A stretch of DNA of 64,000 bases from an uncultured Rivularia sp. (GCA_963665115.1 OY762007.1:1984001-2048000); one strand, 5' to 3'; shown: positions 21,101 to 31,279, counted from the first letter of the stretch. The notes: generated by a model not told the origin, from the letters alone. Numbers and translations are program-made.

Positions 21101-23425
21101 CGGAGTAAACTTACGAATTCTTAACTTCTTATCTAAAAACACAACTCCGATATTCGTACTTTGAAGTAAATTATTAATATCTTCGTTTAGTTCAATTAAT
21201 TCATGAATTTTTAACTGATATTGAGAATTTACTGTATAAAGTTCTTCGTTTACTGAATGTAATTCTTCATTTGTACTTTGCAATTCTTCATTAGAAGCAG
21301 TTAATTCTTCATTAGCAGCTTGATGTTCCTCATCAATAGACTCTAATTCTTGAATCAGGGTTTGAAAACTTTCTTCAGCCTGCTGTAATTGATATTCGAG
21401 TTGCGAAATTCTCTCCGAGGCTTGAGAGTCGGGTTGAAAATTTTCTCCTTTAATAAGCGGTATTGATATATTTTGTTCTTCAAAACTTATTACGAATAAA
21501 TTACCCGCTACTTTGTTATCCTCAGATAAATGCACTTTTAATTGCATTGTGCGGACATTATTTTCTTCAATTAATTTTATCCCTTTATAAGTAACGCTCT
21601 GTTTTTCCTTGCGTACTCTATATAAAGCCGTATTTAAAGGTAACTGTAAAGATGGTAATACAAGTTGCGTTACATCATTGGTCAATTTTCCTACGGGTAT
21701 TTTTAGGACATTCGCTAAATCTTCAAAAAATTCTACTACTTGATTCTCATTATTCACGATTAAGCAGGTAGTTTTACTAGCATTTAAAAAGGTTTTTAAT
21801 GCATTTTCTAGCATCAATTCCCTTTTACCTTGCTTATTTTTATTCCTAGATATATTTCCAATTGAAAACTTACTAATTTTATGTTGATTATCTATCGAAA
21901 TTGCTGGTATATGTAAACTGACATCTCGTCGTTTGTAGTAAAGCTTATATTTCTTATTGATCGGAATAAATTCATCTTGTAAATTACCCAGATGTTCGGA
22001 ATCTCCCAAAAATAAAATCCCTTGACTTTTGAGAGAAAAATGCAAATTTTGCAGCACTCTACGCTGTAAATCTGGCTGCATATAAATTAATATATTACGA
22101 CAGCTAATCAAATTTATTCGAGTAAAACCCACATCTGTTGTTAAATCGTGACTCGCAAAAATTAGCATATCTCGTAATTTTCGCGTTACCTGGAATGAAT
22201 TTTTCTGCTTGATAAAATATTTTTCTAATCTTTCAGGATCGACATTCTTAGCAATAGTTGCAGGATAAATACCAATAGCAGCTGTTTCTAAAGCATTTTG
22301 ATTAATGTCTGTAGTAAAAATTTTGACTCGTAATTTTTTTGGCGAATTTTCTAAAGCTTCATCAACTAAAATAGCTAAAGAATAAGCTTCTTCTCCCGTA
22401 GCGCATCCACTTACCCAAAATCTCAATTCTTCATCTGGCTGAATCTTCTCAATTAAATCGGGAATGACTTCTTCTGATAAATATTCCCAAGAAGCTATAT
22501 CTCTAAAAAAGTTCGTAACAACAATTGATAAGTCTTGAGATAAAGCCTGCTTCTCTTCATCGGACTCCTGCAAAATTTTGATATATTCCTGCACGTTATC
22601 GCAGGAAGTCGCAGAACAACGACGATGGATTCGTCTTGATAAAGTACTGGATTTGTAGAACGAGTAATTGACTTTTTGATATTGAGATAAAATATCAGTA
22701 ATTTGTTTGAGCTTAACATCATCTAAAGGCAAACAAGAATTGATATACTCTTGTCGCATAGATGCAGGTGAAGTTAGATAACTATAAATTAGCTGCGCTA
22801 ATTCACTAGGAGAATCAATTTGAGTGATTATCGGCTTGAGATTTTTTTGAGGCAACTTCTGTAAATTCAATGTTGCGATCGCGCTTGATGGCATACCATC
22901 AAATTCAGCAGTTGATGGATCTTGAACTAAAGCAAAACCGCCAGCTTGAGTAATCGCCTGTAAACCCAGAGATCCATCACTTCCCGTACCAGATAAAATT
23001 ACTCCAGTTGCATTTTCTTGATAATTTTTTGCTAAAGAATTAAAAAGTAAGTCAATCGGAAAATTTGGTCCTGAATGTTTTTTATCTTCCCGTTCAAGTA
23101 AACGTAATTTATTATCTTCTACAATCAGATTTTTATCTGGTGGAATTAAATAAATAGAATTAGCAGTCAACTCAATACCATCTGTGACTCGGTGAATTTC
23201 CATCTGAGTATGTCGCTGCAATAATTGCTTCATCAAGCTCTTGAAATCAGGAGAAAGATGCTGCACAACCACAAAAACCCCACCGCTATCAGCAGGCATA
23301 TTTTTGAAAAACTCTTCAATTGCATGCAAACCACCAGCAGATGCACCAATACCTATAACGAATAATTTGCGATTATTCTCATAAAATGAGCATCCCGTAT
23401 CTATTTGTCCGCCAGACATAAACAC
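18128..23425 (-). CDS. CheB/CheR fusion with PAS domains, histidine kinase and receiver (hybrid sensor)
   Basis: GIGASAGG, VQHLSPD, LSGTGSDG (CheB); GCATGEEAYS, CRNILIY (CheR); NEELQSTNEEL; several PAS domains; SHELRTPL, NLLGNAVKFT, DTGIGI, GSGLGL; REC DLVLMD. Confidence 0.95.
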   Translation of the reverse strand: MFMSGGQIDTGCSFYENNRKLFVIGIGASAGGLHAIEEFFKNMPADSGGVFVVVQHLSPDFKSLMKQLLQRHTQMEIHRVTDGIELTANSIYLIPPDKNLIVEDNKLRLLEREDKKHSGPNFPIDLLFNSLAKNYQENATGVILSGTGSDGSLGLQAITQAGGFALVQDPSTAEFDGMPSSAIATLNLQKLPQKNLKPIITQIDSPSELAQLIYSYLTSPASMRQEYINSCLPLDDVKLKQITDILSQYQKVNYSFYKSSTLSRRIHRRCSATSCDNVQEYIKILQESDEEKQALSQDLSIVVTNFFRDIASWEYLSEEVIPDLIEKIQPDEELRFWVSGCATGEEAYSLAILVDEALENSPKKLRVKIFTTDINQNALETAAIGIYPATIAKNVDPERLEKYFIKQKNSFQVTRKLRDMLIFASHDLTTDVGFTRINLISCRNILIYMQPDLQRRVLQNLHFSLKSQGILFLGDSEHLGNLQDEFIPINKKYKLYYKRRDVSLHIPAISIDNQHKISKFSIGNISRNKNKQGKRELMLENALKTFLNASKTTCLIVNNENQVVEFFEDLANVLKIPVGKLTNDVTQLVLPSLQLPLNTALYRVRKEKQSVTYKGIKLIEENNVRTMQLKVHLSEDNKVAGNLFVISFEEQNISIPLIKGENFQPDSQASERISQLEYQLQQAEESFQTLIQELESIDEEHQAANEELTASNEELQSTNEELHSVNEELYTVNSQYQLKIHELIELNEDINNLLQSTNIGVVFLDKKLRIRKFTPATIVAINLIETDINRPLKHLSHNLDCDNFIEIIQSAAQSEKSLDLEVKVARSDKYLLMRINPYIKDNGSIDGVVLSFIDINEIKTAQNQLQETFDALQDSNTKLNQKQAEFEAIFYSLPDAVIFTDTTRGIRMLNPGFSNLFGYQPQALIGKSAERLYADLEDFHKYNLELSDAHCDIHIESCEIKPYEINFRRRNGEIFVSETLKTTVKDSQGNVFGFLKLIRDISYRKQAEADLRSSEERFRSLYLRTPVMLHSMDKDGNILDVSNYWLQKLGYSRQEVIGKKFIQFLTSESHSYAQDILPEFFRNGSCWDIPYQFVCKNGEVIDTLLSAIADKDENEIVIRTLEVIIDITERKKAEAALRESEARFKTMADSAPVLIWMSEAYGKAVFFNKAWLECTGNSLEQQLGDGWLESIHPEDRDLCYETLCNVSDKTQPTEIQFRIRGVDAQYSWMLGRQVPRFNSQGEVIGYIGSCIDITEIKNAKEQLYRTNYQLEKSTIQLSRAKEAAESTNQAKSSFIAHMSHELRTPLNGILGFAQILQGDDTLTKEQRKKIDTIHQSGEHLLTLLNDILNLSKIEANQLELELKDIPFPLFIEKINSIINVRAQQKNISFKYEALSPLPAVIRGDETRLRQVLLNLLGNAVKFTDKGSVNFYVSKLGDCEEATEKNKGCLIRFKIEDTGIGISPEKTQAIFLPFHQLIQDDSINEGSGLGLTISQKIVNLMGGEIIVDSTPGKGSAFYFDICVLEIENAQIHTDTNLEIQPIGIKGKHPKVLVIDDNKVNRAVVVSYLEQLGFEIDEAINGRQGLEKVESFKPDLVLMDLVMPVMDGFEATKALRDNPQFKDLPIIAVSANAMFDAQLSSYRIGCNAFLSKPIDLKLLIKSIAQFVEIEWIYPQPSKLALSEDNKSKEIATYQDTNTSESIVAPSDEQLTQFIHLTQMGDIEAIIEQAEHLEELDTKYLLFIKKVCELAQSFQQHKLLKFLENFLE

Positions 23426-23511
23426 CCCCGATTATTCGTCATTCCTATAAGATAAAAAGAACGTTATAGGTTGTAAGTAATTATACATATATTTTTCAAT
23501 GGATTGAGAAT

Positions 23512-23702
23512 AGTTAGGAGTAGTGAGTAGGGAGTAGGGAGTAGGGAGTAGTGAGTAGTGAGTAGTGAGTAGTAAGTAGTGAGTAGTAAGTAGTAAGTAG
23601 TGAGTAGTGAGTAGTGAGTAGCAACCAATTCGTTTTTATTACCGGCTCCTCAACTATCTATTCTAATTTCTTTACTCTTTACTCTTTACTCGCTACTCGC
23701 TA
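23512..23702. repeat. STRR heptamer array (TAGT(G/A)AG)n with a downstream complementary (TACTC..)n array
   Basis: About 15 heptamers at 23512-23621; TTACTCT/CTACTCG repeats at 23672-23702. Confidence 0.9.
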
Positions 23703-23785
23703 TTTAAAGAATCTCCCCATCTCTCCCTCTCCCCCTCACCTCCACTTTGCAGTAAGCTGATAAATTATGCGTTTATCAAACTAAT

Positions 23786-25021
23786 ATGGCAACTATTAAC
23801 GACAATTATTTGAAGCTAAAAGCAGGTTATTTATTTCCCGAAATTGCGCGGAGAGTAAATGCTTTCGCTGAAGCTAACCCTAATGCGAAAATCATCAAAT
23901 TAGGAATTGGAGATGTTACCGAACCATTACCGGAAGCTTGTCGCACGGCGATGATAGAAGCTACCAAGGAAATGGGAAACCGAGAAACATTTCATGGTTA
24001 TGGCCCCGAACAAGGTTATGGTTGGTTGCGCGAAAAGATTGCCCATCAAGATTTCCAGGCACGAGGATGCGAAATTGACGCTTCCGAAATCTTTATTTCT
24101 GATGGTTCCAAATGCGATACGGGTAATATTCTCGATATTTTTGGTAAAAATAATACTATTGCGGTCACAGACCCCGTTTATCCCGTTTATGTTGATACTA
24201 ACGTCATGGCAGGTAATACAGGAGATGCCAAGAAAAGCGGAGAATATGAAGGCTTAGTATATTTACCAGTAACTGCTGATAATAATTTTACCGCTCAAAT
24301 TCCTTCACAAAAAGTTGATTTAATCTACCTTTGCTTTCCCAACAATCCCACGGGAGCCACCGCGAGTAAAGAAGATTTAAAGGCTTGGGTAGATTATGCA
24401 AAAGCGAATAATTCAATTATTTTCTTCGATGCAGCTTACGAAGCCTATATCACCGACTCCTCACTTCCCCATTCGATTTACGAAATTGAAGGTGCGAGAG
24501 ATTGTGCGATTGAATTCCGTTCCTTTTCCAAAAATGCAGGATTTACTGGAACCCGTTGCGCGTTGACAGTAGTACCCAAAACACTTACCGCAAAAGCTGC
24601 CGACGGTTCCGATGTCGAACTGTGGAAACTGTGGAATCGCCGTCAATCAACCAAATTTAATGGCGTATCTTATATAGTACAGCGCGGTGCAGAAGCAGTT
24701 TATTCTAAAGAAGGACAAGAGCAAATTAAAAAACTCGTCAGCTTCTACTTAGAAAACGCCAAAATCATCCGCGAGAAACTCACCGCTGCCGGATTGCAAG
24801 TTTACGGAGGAGTTAACGCACCTTACGTTTGGGTGAAAACACCTTTAGGATTAACCAGTTGGGACTTCTTCGATAAATTAGTCAACACTTGTAACGTAAT
24901 AGGAACACCAGGTTCCGGTTTTGGTGCTGCGGGTGAAGGTTATTTCCGTATTTCAGCTTTTAATAGTAGAGAAAATGTAGAAGAAGCAATGAAGCGGATT
25001 ACCGATAAATTTAAAGTTTAA
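23786..25021 (+). CDS. dapL: LL-diaminopimelate aminotransferase
   Basis: [45 protein letters not shown]. Confidence 0.97.
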   Translation: MATINDNYLKLKAGYLFPEIARRVNAFAEANPNAKIIKLGIGDVTEPLPEACRTAMIEATKEMGNRETFHGYGPEQGYGWLREKIAHQDFQARGCEIDASEIFISDGSKCDTGNILDIFGKNNTIAVTDPVYPVYVDTNVMAGNTGDAKKSGEYEGLVYLPVTADNNFTAQIPSQKVDLIYLCFPNNPTGATASKEDLKAWVDYAKANNSIIFFDAAYEAYITDSSLPHSIYEIEGARDCAIEFRSFSKNAGFTGTRCALTVVPKTLTAKAADGSDVELWKLWNRRQSTKFNGVSYIVQRGAEAVYSKEGQEQIKKLVSFYLENAKIIREKLTAAGLQVYGGVNAPYVWVKTPLGLTSWDFFDKLVNTCNVIGTPGSGFGAAGEGYFRISAFNSRENVEEAMKRITDKFKV

Positions 25022-25030
25022 AACTTTACT

Positions 25031-25053
25031 TAGTCAGGCATTTTGCCTGACTA
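25031..25053. terminator. Hairpin after dapL
   Basis: TAGTCAGGCA-TTT-TGCCTGACTA perfect inverted repeat. Confidence 0.65.
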
Positions 25054-25231
25054 TGATTATCAAAAGAATTTTTGCTAGTTTCGATATAAATAATACTTAT
25101 TAAGTGTTATTTATCACAAAATTTTGGGAAAGATAAACATAAGAATCTAAGCTTACTTTAATGTTTTACAAGTAGTCTTTAGATTTTCTCCAAAAAGCTT
25201 TTTTTTCACTCAGATGATAAAAATTAAGACT

Positions 25232-25516
25232 TTAATATACTTCGTCATGAGTTCCAATATCAATTAGTAAAATTTCTTCTTCCCTAGAATCCTCATTTTC
25301 TACAAAGTTAAACACTATCCGGCAGTCATACTCTACTGAACAAGCCCAAGCTCCAGATAACTTACCTTTAAGTTTATGGGTTTGCAATAAAGGCTCGAAT
25401 GGGTCATTTGCCAACAAGGCAAGCCGTTCTTCAATCTGCTCTTTGAGTTCAGGTTGTCGCTTAATTAATCGCTTATATGCCCTTTTAAAGGAAGATGCAA
25501 AAACTAAAGTTTTCAC
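25232..25516 (-). CDS. Type II toxin, RelE/YafQ family mRNA interferase
   Basis: SSFKRAYKR, LQTHKLKGKLSGAWACSVEYDCRIVF, IDIGTHDEVY. Confidence 0.9.
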   Translation of the reverse strand: MKTLVFASSFKRAYKRLIKRQPELKEQIEERLALLANDPFEPLLQTHKLKGKLSGAWACSVEYDCRIVFNFVENEDSREEEILLIDIGTHDEVY

Positions 25517-25728
25517 TTATTCAACTCGTCCATAATTTCGGTGACGGAGCCACGAAAAACTTTACCTGTACGGTATTCGACATTTGCTTGAGCAACATTT
25601 TCAGCGATTTCATTCCGGCGCTTTTCAATAATCCGTTGCCGTACAACTTTTACTATTGCTTCCTGTTCCTCTAAAGATAACGTTTCTATACTTTCCAAAA
25701 CCCGATCAAACTTAGAAAATTCTGCCAT
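25513..25728 (-). CDS. Probable cognate antitoxin
   Basis: Small helical protein overlapping the toxin start (GTGA/ATGA-type coupling); ends GSVTEIMDELNK. Confidence 0.75.
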   Translation of the reverse strand: MAEFSKFDRVLESIETLSLEEQEAIVKVVRQRIIEKRRNEIAENVAQANVEYRTGKVFRGSVTEIMDELNK

Positions 25729-25915
25729 TATCTCTGCTTGTTTTCCCACATTTACATGGTAATTTTAACAGTAATTTTAAACCCCGAATTCAAAATACCC
25801 AATGCCCAATGCCCCATCCCCCATTCCCATTACATATATGTAAGCACCGCTGCTTGAAACTCCATCACCACAATCTGTAGGATAAATTCAGCAACAAGAG
25901 GATTGAACTGGAAAA

Positions 25916-26092
25916 ATGCCTACAGAAGAACAGTTAAAATGTCTGTACACAATAACTTGCCAGTTAACCTTCGTAATGCTCCAGCCAATTCACCTTGTTT
26001 ACTTAGATCGACGCACGTTAAATTTATATATATTAGCGGGTGAAAACGAAGATATCGAATTTGAAATAACTATTGATGGAGAAGTATTTTAA
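25916..26092 (+). CDS. Small protein, DUF6888-like (58 aa, absent from the ORF track)
   Basis: Manual translation MPTEEQLKCLYTITCQLTFVMLQPIHLVYLDRRTLNLYILAGENEDIEFEITIDGEVF*; TAATG overlap with next gene. Confidence 0.75.
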   Translation: MPTEEQLKCLYTITCQLTFVMLQPIHLVYLDRRTLNLYILAGENEDIEFEITIDGEVF

Positions 26093-26295
26093 TGAATCCT
26101 GAAAACTATACTCAAATGTCCGACAAGCAGTTAAAAAAATATTTGATTAAAAATCGCAACGACAAAGCAGCACTTCAAGTTTATTTAAACCGCCGCCATC
26201 AACATTCAAATCCAGTAATTGCAACTCTCAATGAATCCGATTTTGAAGATAAAATTTTAACTGCAATTCGCGAAAAAATAAGTAATAAAACTTAG
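26092..26295 (+). CDS. Small protein, DUF6887-like
   Basis: NYTQMSDKQLKKYLIKNRND..A...YL pattern; translationally coupled to previous ORF. Confidence 0.75.
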   Translation: MNPENYTQMSDKQLKKYLIKNRNDKAALQVYLNRRHQHSNPVIATLNESDFEDKILTAIREKISNKT

Positions 26296-26302
26296 GTTAT
26301 TA

Positions 26303-26764
26303 TTGGATATTATAATCAACGAAATTTTAGAAACAGTCGCAAATTGGGCTAAAATACGCTCGGAAATATTCGCATTAGCTTTAGTCGGTTCTCATGCGCG
26401 AGGTGAAGCAACAGCAGATTCCGATATTGATATAATGGCGATCGCCTTTAACCCACAATTTTTCCGTCAAAATCATGATTGGATGCATGAAATAAACTGG
26501 GAATCCATCAACTACAAAATTCTAACCTTTAATGACGCTCAATATGGTGCAGTTTGGTCAAGACATATATATTTAGATGATTTGAGCAACAATCTAACCA
26601 GCAAGTTAAAAGTCGAAATTAGTTTTGGTTTACCTTCATGGGCATCGGTTAACCCGATCGATTCGGGTACTTTTAACGTAGTTAGTCGCGGCTGTAAAAT
26701 TCTTTACGATTCACAAGGAATTTTGACTAACTTGATGTCCAAAATAGATTTATACAAGAGATAA
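26303..26764 (+). CDS. Nucleotidyltransferase-domain protein
   Basis: LVGSHARGEATADSDIDI (GS...DxD). Confidence 0.85.
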   Translation: MDIIINEILETVANWAKIRSEIFALALVGSHARGEATADSDIDIMAIAFNPQFFRQNHDWMHEINWESINYKILTFNDAQYGAVWSRHIYLDDLSNNLTSKLKVEISFGLPSWASVNPIDSGTFNVVSRGCKILYDSQGILTNLMSKIDLYKR

Positions 26765-26815
26765 TACAAATTGCAAAATCCAAAGCATCTGTTGTTGAAA
26801 TTCTGTTAGCGAATC

Positions 26816-26935
26816 ATGCATCCATTGCCAGATATTGCCTATATTCCCTGCAACCAAGAGATTGTAGAAGCCATACTAAAATTAGCTAAAATCAACTCCA
26901 AAGATATTCTCTATGATTTGGGTAAAGGTTTTTAA
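26816..26935 (+). pseudogene. Truncated SAM methyltransferase N-terminus
   Basis: MHPLPDIAYIPCNQEIVEAILKLAKINSKDILYDLGKGF* stops within motif I. Confidence 0.65.
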
Positions 26936-27189
26936 AATCGGTAATCGTAGAGCCGGGAAGGGAGTAATAGTTATAAGTGAACAGTTATTTTCTGATTATC
27001 CCCCATCTCCCCCTGAGCCGCACGCTCCGCGTGTTCAGCTTGCTGACTCGTTAGAGTAACGGGTTGCGCCACTTCTCTCAACGGAGGGAAGCTCCCCACG
27101 AGAGTGGCTTACCATCTCCAAATTCCCATTGAAGTTCCGCACTCTTCGGGTGATAATTGTTGATTGTTCATTGATAATTGATTCAAAAA

Positions 27190-27440
27190 ATGTCTATTTC
27201 AAAAACTGAAGCACAACAACTTTTAGAACGGATGATTTTTGAAGAGACTCACCCTAAAGATTGGGTAGAGGATGTTTGGGGGTTAAGCCCATTATTGGGA
27301 GATAGCGCTGCTAAATTATTTGAGGTTTTTGAAGCATTAATTGAATGTTGTCCCGAAGGGGACAGTTGGAAAATTTATTACAAAGCTATTATCAAGAAAA
27401 GTTGCTGAATGAAGATTTTTATCCAAATAACGAAAATTGA
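27190..27440 (+). CDS. Small hypothetical protein (frameshift at 27358-27361)
   Basis: MSISKTEAQQLLERMIF...DWVEDVWGLSPLLGDSAA; corrected tail QLENLLQSYYQE. Confidence 0.65.
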
Positions 27441-27450
27441 TAACTAAAAT

Positions 27451-27840
27451 ATGCCTCAAACTAAAATATATGGTGTTCGCGAGTTTTTAAATCCGATTAA
27501 AAGCCAACTAAGTATAATAATTCATAGTTGTTTTGTGGATGCACTGCAATATCCTTCCGAGAAACGTTTCCATCGCTTTTTCCCGATGGATAAATCGGAT
27601 TTTATCTTTCCACCGGATAAAAGCCAAAGCTATTTGATTATTGAAATTAGTATGTTTGAAGGACGTTCCATTGAAGCAAAGAAAAACTTAATTCGCTTAC
27701 TTCTCAAACGTATTAGCGAAAGATTTCGTATTTCTCACAACGATATCGAAATTACCATATTTGAAACACCAAAACATAACTGGGGAGTGCGAGGTGTTCC
27801 CGGCGATGAATTGGATTTGGGTTACAAAGTGGATATTTGA
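27451..27840 (+). CDS. Tautomerase family protein
   Basis: N-terminal Pro after Met; IIEISMFEGRSIEAKK; NWGVRG. Confidence 0.88.
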   Translation: MPQTKIYGVREFLNPIKSQLSIIIHSCFVDALQYPSEKRFHRFFPMDKSDFIFPPDKSQSYLIIEISMFEGRSIEAKKNLIRLLLKRISERFRISHNDIEITIFETPKHNWGVRGVPGDELDLGYKVDI

Positions 27841-28024
27841 ACAAGAGTTAGGAGTTGTGATACTTCACCAAACTAATTATCACGGGTTCGTAGTAGGGAA
27901 TGCCTGTCCCAAATCCCAGCGCTTACTACGAACTTTTGTCTCCATTTATCAAAATTTAATCTATTTTTATGAAATTTTTATCTGTTAAATCCTGGGTATA
28001 TAGCTATCTAAAGTAAAAATTATT

Positions 28025-28267
28025 GTGCCGTCTTCAAGTGATTTTATGACTCAGCATCAGTTTTTAGATCGGCGTTTTCAAGAATATAATGCAGCTTTGA
28101 TAAAAGCATTGCAAGATTTGGCTACTCAGTTAGAAGCAGAAAAATGCTGTCAACAAGGTAAAGTTGTTCGGGTGATGCTTGATATTTTATTAGAAGTCGA
28201 AACTAAAAATGCACAGTCTGTAACTGCAATCGAAGAAGATATTAAAAAGTCACTTCTGTTAGACTAA
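28025..28267 (+). CDS. Hypothetical protein
   Basis: 80-aa helical ORF; no recognised motif. Confidence 0.5.
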   Translation: MPSSSDFMTQHQFLDRRFQEYNAALIKALQDLATQLEAEKCCQQGKVVRVMLDILLEVETKNAQSVTAIEEDIKKSLLLD

Positions 28268-29116
28268 GACGTTAACAAAATAGTCAATTAAATAGTCTAA
28301 GTAACCCTTTAATTCGTCAATTGCTTTATCGGAAACGACACCTGAAGTTTGCCAATCGCGGATATACTTACTTCTAATTAACTCAAATGCTTTCAAATAT
28401 ATCTCAATTGGTGGTTCGTAATGTGTAACTACCCCTTTGTAAACTAAACGGGGTTCGATTTCATTTTCCATGCAGCTACCAATTAGTTTGAGATATTTAC
28501 TGATGTTACGACAAAATTCTTCTATGTGAGGATGCTCTTGAGTTAATAATTCACGAGCCACTGTTTGCGCTAATTCGATTCGATTCGCTAATAGCCATCT
28601 TCCTCCTTCTATACATCCAGCCCTCTGCGATTCTAATTCTGGAAGCGATGCTGTTAATTCTTTTTCCAGATATTCTAATGAGTAACGAAGTTTGTCTTGT
28701 CTTTCTTGAACTTCTTTAAGATTTATAATTCCTACATGAGAGAACTTTTTATCTTCTAATTCCCTGATTAATACTTCTACAGTTGGTTTGATAATTTTAA
28801 CAATAAAATCTATCTGCTCTTGAATTCCCTCCGAAACCCGATCGCGTAGTTCGTAGTTTACGATTTTTTCTAGACGATTGTTTGTACTTTCTTCTAAAAC
28901 ATCAAGCTGCTGTTGCAAAGAGCTAATCATCTTCTCTTGAGATAATTCACTCTGCGACGAAGTTTTATACAGTTTTCTTTCTAAATCTTCTACTCTTCTT
29001 TGCATTCTTTTAAATAAAGATGCATTCACCCAAGGGCTAAAAATAAACCCTGCAAACCCATGTAAAGTTTTTCCCATTTTTCCTATTACCCCTGCATTAT
29101 TCAACTTTTGAGCCAT
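28259..29116 (-). CDS. Hypothetical coiled-coil protein
   Basis: 285-aa ORF with AAGGA RBS; heptad-rich. Confidence 0.7.
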   Translation of the reverse strand: MAQKLNNAGVIGKMGKTLHGFAGFIFSPWVNASLFKRMQRRVEDLERKLYKTSSQSELSQEKMISSLQQQLDVLEESTNNRLEKIVNYELRDRVSEGIQEQIDFIVKIIKPTVEVLIRELEDKKFSHVGIINLKEVQERQDKLRYSLEYLEKELTASLPELESQRAGCIEGGRWLLANRIELAQTVARELLTQEHPHIEEFCRNISKYLKLIGSCMENEIEPRLVYKGVVTHYEPPIEIYLKAFELIRSKYIRDWQTSGVVSDKAIDELKGYLDYLIDYFVNVLV

Positions 29117-29793
29117 TCGGCTTATCCTTAAAATTTGACGTTAATTACAAGCTTCCGAATTTTGTTTGTAGAGTTTACTATTGTCTTAGAAGTTTACGAC
29201 ACCTATTAAAAAATATACTTACCTGCTTTACTTTGAGAGTGAATAGTTACCGCAAGCAATAACCAACTTTACTCTACTCATTAAATCTCCAGATTGCTTG
29301 AGAGTATTTATAATCGCGCAGATTATGCTGTATTTACGGGAAATTATGCCGAGAATATATATAAAGCGTAATCATACGGTGACTCAACTAAAATTGCTTA
29401 CCTTCCTAATGTCTATTCTAGCAATTTAAACGTTACAAAATATTCAACTACAGGCAATTTTTGTTATATACTTCACTATAAAATTACAATTTCTCCGTTT
29501 ACAAAAAATTTACTTATCCAAAAATTATTTTCGGGCAAATAAAAAATAACCCTATAGATAGATACTCGAAAGCGCTATTAATGATATCAAATTAAATTAA
29601 TCTCAAATTCATAAAGATTATTCAGAATCTACAAAAAATTTGTAAAACTATTAGTACGCAAAACCGTACTTAAGTATTAGCGTTCTCTACCCAAAAATAT
29701 TAGTAATGGTAGATACAATTAAGGTATAGATTGAGTAATGCTGTTCCACCAGAATAACAATTATGAAGACGCAGCATACTTCAGGAGAAAAAT

Positions 29794-30660
29794 ATGGAGA
29801 ATCAATTAAAGACAGCTGCTTTACTAGCTGCACTGAGCGGTCTTCTGATAGCTATTAGTTATTGGATAATTGGCGGTAGTGCAGGTTTAATTATAGGTAT
29901 CAGTATTGCAGCAATTACTAATCTTGTCTCTTGGTACCAATCGGATAAAATCGCTTTGGCAGCTTATCGAGCGCAGCCCGTTTCGCAAAGCGATGCGCCG
30001 GGACTCTATCGTATGGTAGAAAGACTATCTACTTCATCTAATATTCCTACGCCAAGGATATATATAGTTCCCGGTTCCAATGCTAACGCTTTCGCCACTG
30101 GGAGAGATCCAGAAAACGCCGCTGTCGCTGTCACCGAAGGGATTTTAAATATTCTCTCAGAGCAAGAACTTGAAGCCGTACTTGCCCACGAACTGACTCA
30201 CATCATAAATCGCGACACTCTTACTCAAGCGGTTAGCGCTACCATCGCCGGTGCAATTTCCTTTTTGGCACAGATGGTAAGTTACAGTTTATGGTTTGGC
30301 GGAAATTCGCGGGATGGAAATAGAGGTGCGAATCCTTTGGGAATGTTATTAACAGTAACTTTAGCCCCTTTAGCTGCAAGCGTGATTCAACTGGCAATTT
30401 CCCGCACGCGAGAATTTTCCGCCGATGCTGGTGCAGCCAAATTAACGGGTAATCCCCGTGCTTTAGCTCAAGCTTTACAGCGGTTAGATGCCACAGCGCG
30501 ACAAATGCCAATGGAGGCAAATCCAGCTTTCGAGCCTTTATTAATTATCAATCCCTTGAGCGGCAAATTCTTGGGCAACTTATTTAGAACCCATCCCAGC
30601 ACCGAAGCCAGGATTGAAGCATTATTAAAGATAGAGCAACAATTACCCACAAAAGTTTAA
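29794..30660 (+). CDS. htpX: Zinc metalloprotease HtpX (M48)
   Basis: ANAFATGRDP, AHELTH, SRTREFSAD, THPSTEARI. Confidence 0.95.
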   Translation: MENQLKTAALLAALSGLLIAISYWIIGGSAGLIIGISIAAITNLVSWYQSDKIALAAYRAQPVSQSDAPGLYRMVERLSTSSNIPTPRIYIVPGSNANAFATGRDPENAAVAVTEGILNILSEQELEAVLAHELTHIINRDTLTQAVSATIAGAISFLAQMVSYSLWFGGNSRDGNRGANPLGMLLTVTLAPLAASVIQLAISRTREFSADAGAAKLTGNPRALAQALQRLDATARQMPMEANPAFEPLLIINPLSGKFLGNLFRTHPSTEARIEALLKIEQQLPTKV

Positions 30661-30822
30661 ATATGAAGAGTGAAGATTGATTTGTAATCGTGAATTATTA
30701 GAACTTTAAAAATTGTATTTCGGTTCTAATTCATGTATTCTTAGCCCATGAAACAGCTAAACTTCAGTCTTCATCATAATTCATAATTCGTAATTCATAA
30801 ATCCTTAACTTTATCTAAAATC

Positions 30823-31221
30823 ATGACAGATAACAATCCACAACCAAAAGTAACGGTAGAAGTCAGTCCTCAAACTACCGAAATGGTAGAAAGCCAAATG
30901 CCTGGGGAAAGCCAAGATGTCAAAGATGAAACTGCTGCTTTAATTGAAGCCTTGAAAAGACGCGCTCAATCCGAAGCACAATCTGCCGGTACTCTTACCC
31001 GCGAAACCTACTTAAGTGCAGTACGTCAAGCACGAGAAACAATCGAACAAAACCAGCTTATCGAACGCGCTCGTATAGAAAATGCTTTCGAGATGGTGCA
31101 AAATGAAGCAACCAAAAACTTTGAATCGATTGTCGCAGAAGTGCAAGAACTTGGGGATCGATTACAAGCCGCAGCTCAAGCAGCTTGGGACGTACTAACA
31201 ACACCTCGTCCAAAGCCCTAG
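30823..31221 (+). CDS. Conserved cyanobacterial hypothetical protein
   Basis: ETAALIEALKRRAQ...TRETYLSAVRQARE...AAWDVLT. Confidence 0.75.
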   Translation: MTDNNPQPKVTVEVSPQTTEMVESQMPGESQDVKDETAALIEALKRRAQSEAQSAGTLTRETYLSAVRQARETIEQNQLIERARIENAFEMVQNEATKNFESIVAEVQELGDRLQAAAQAAWDVLTTPRPKP

Positions 31222-31279
31222 TAGCAATAAAAAATTTATTTTGTAGAGACGTTGCGATCGCGCAGCGTCTTTATTATTT

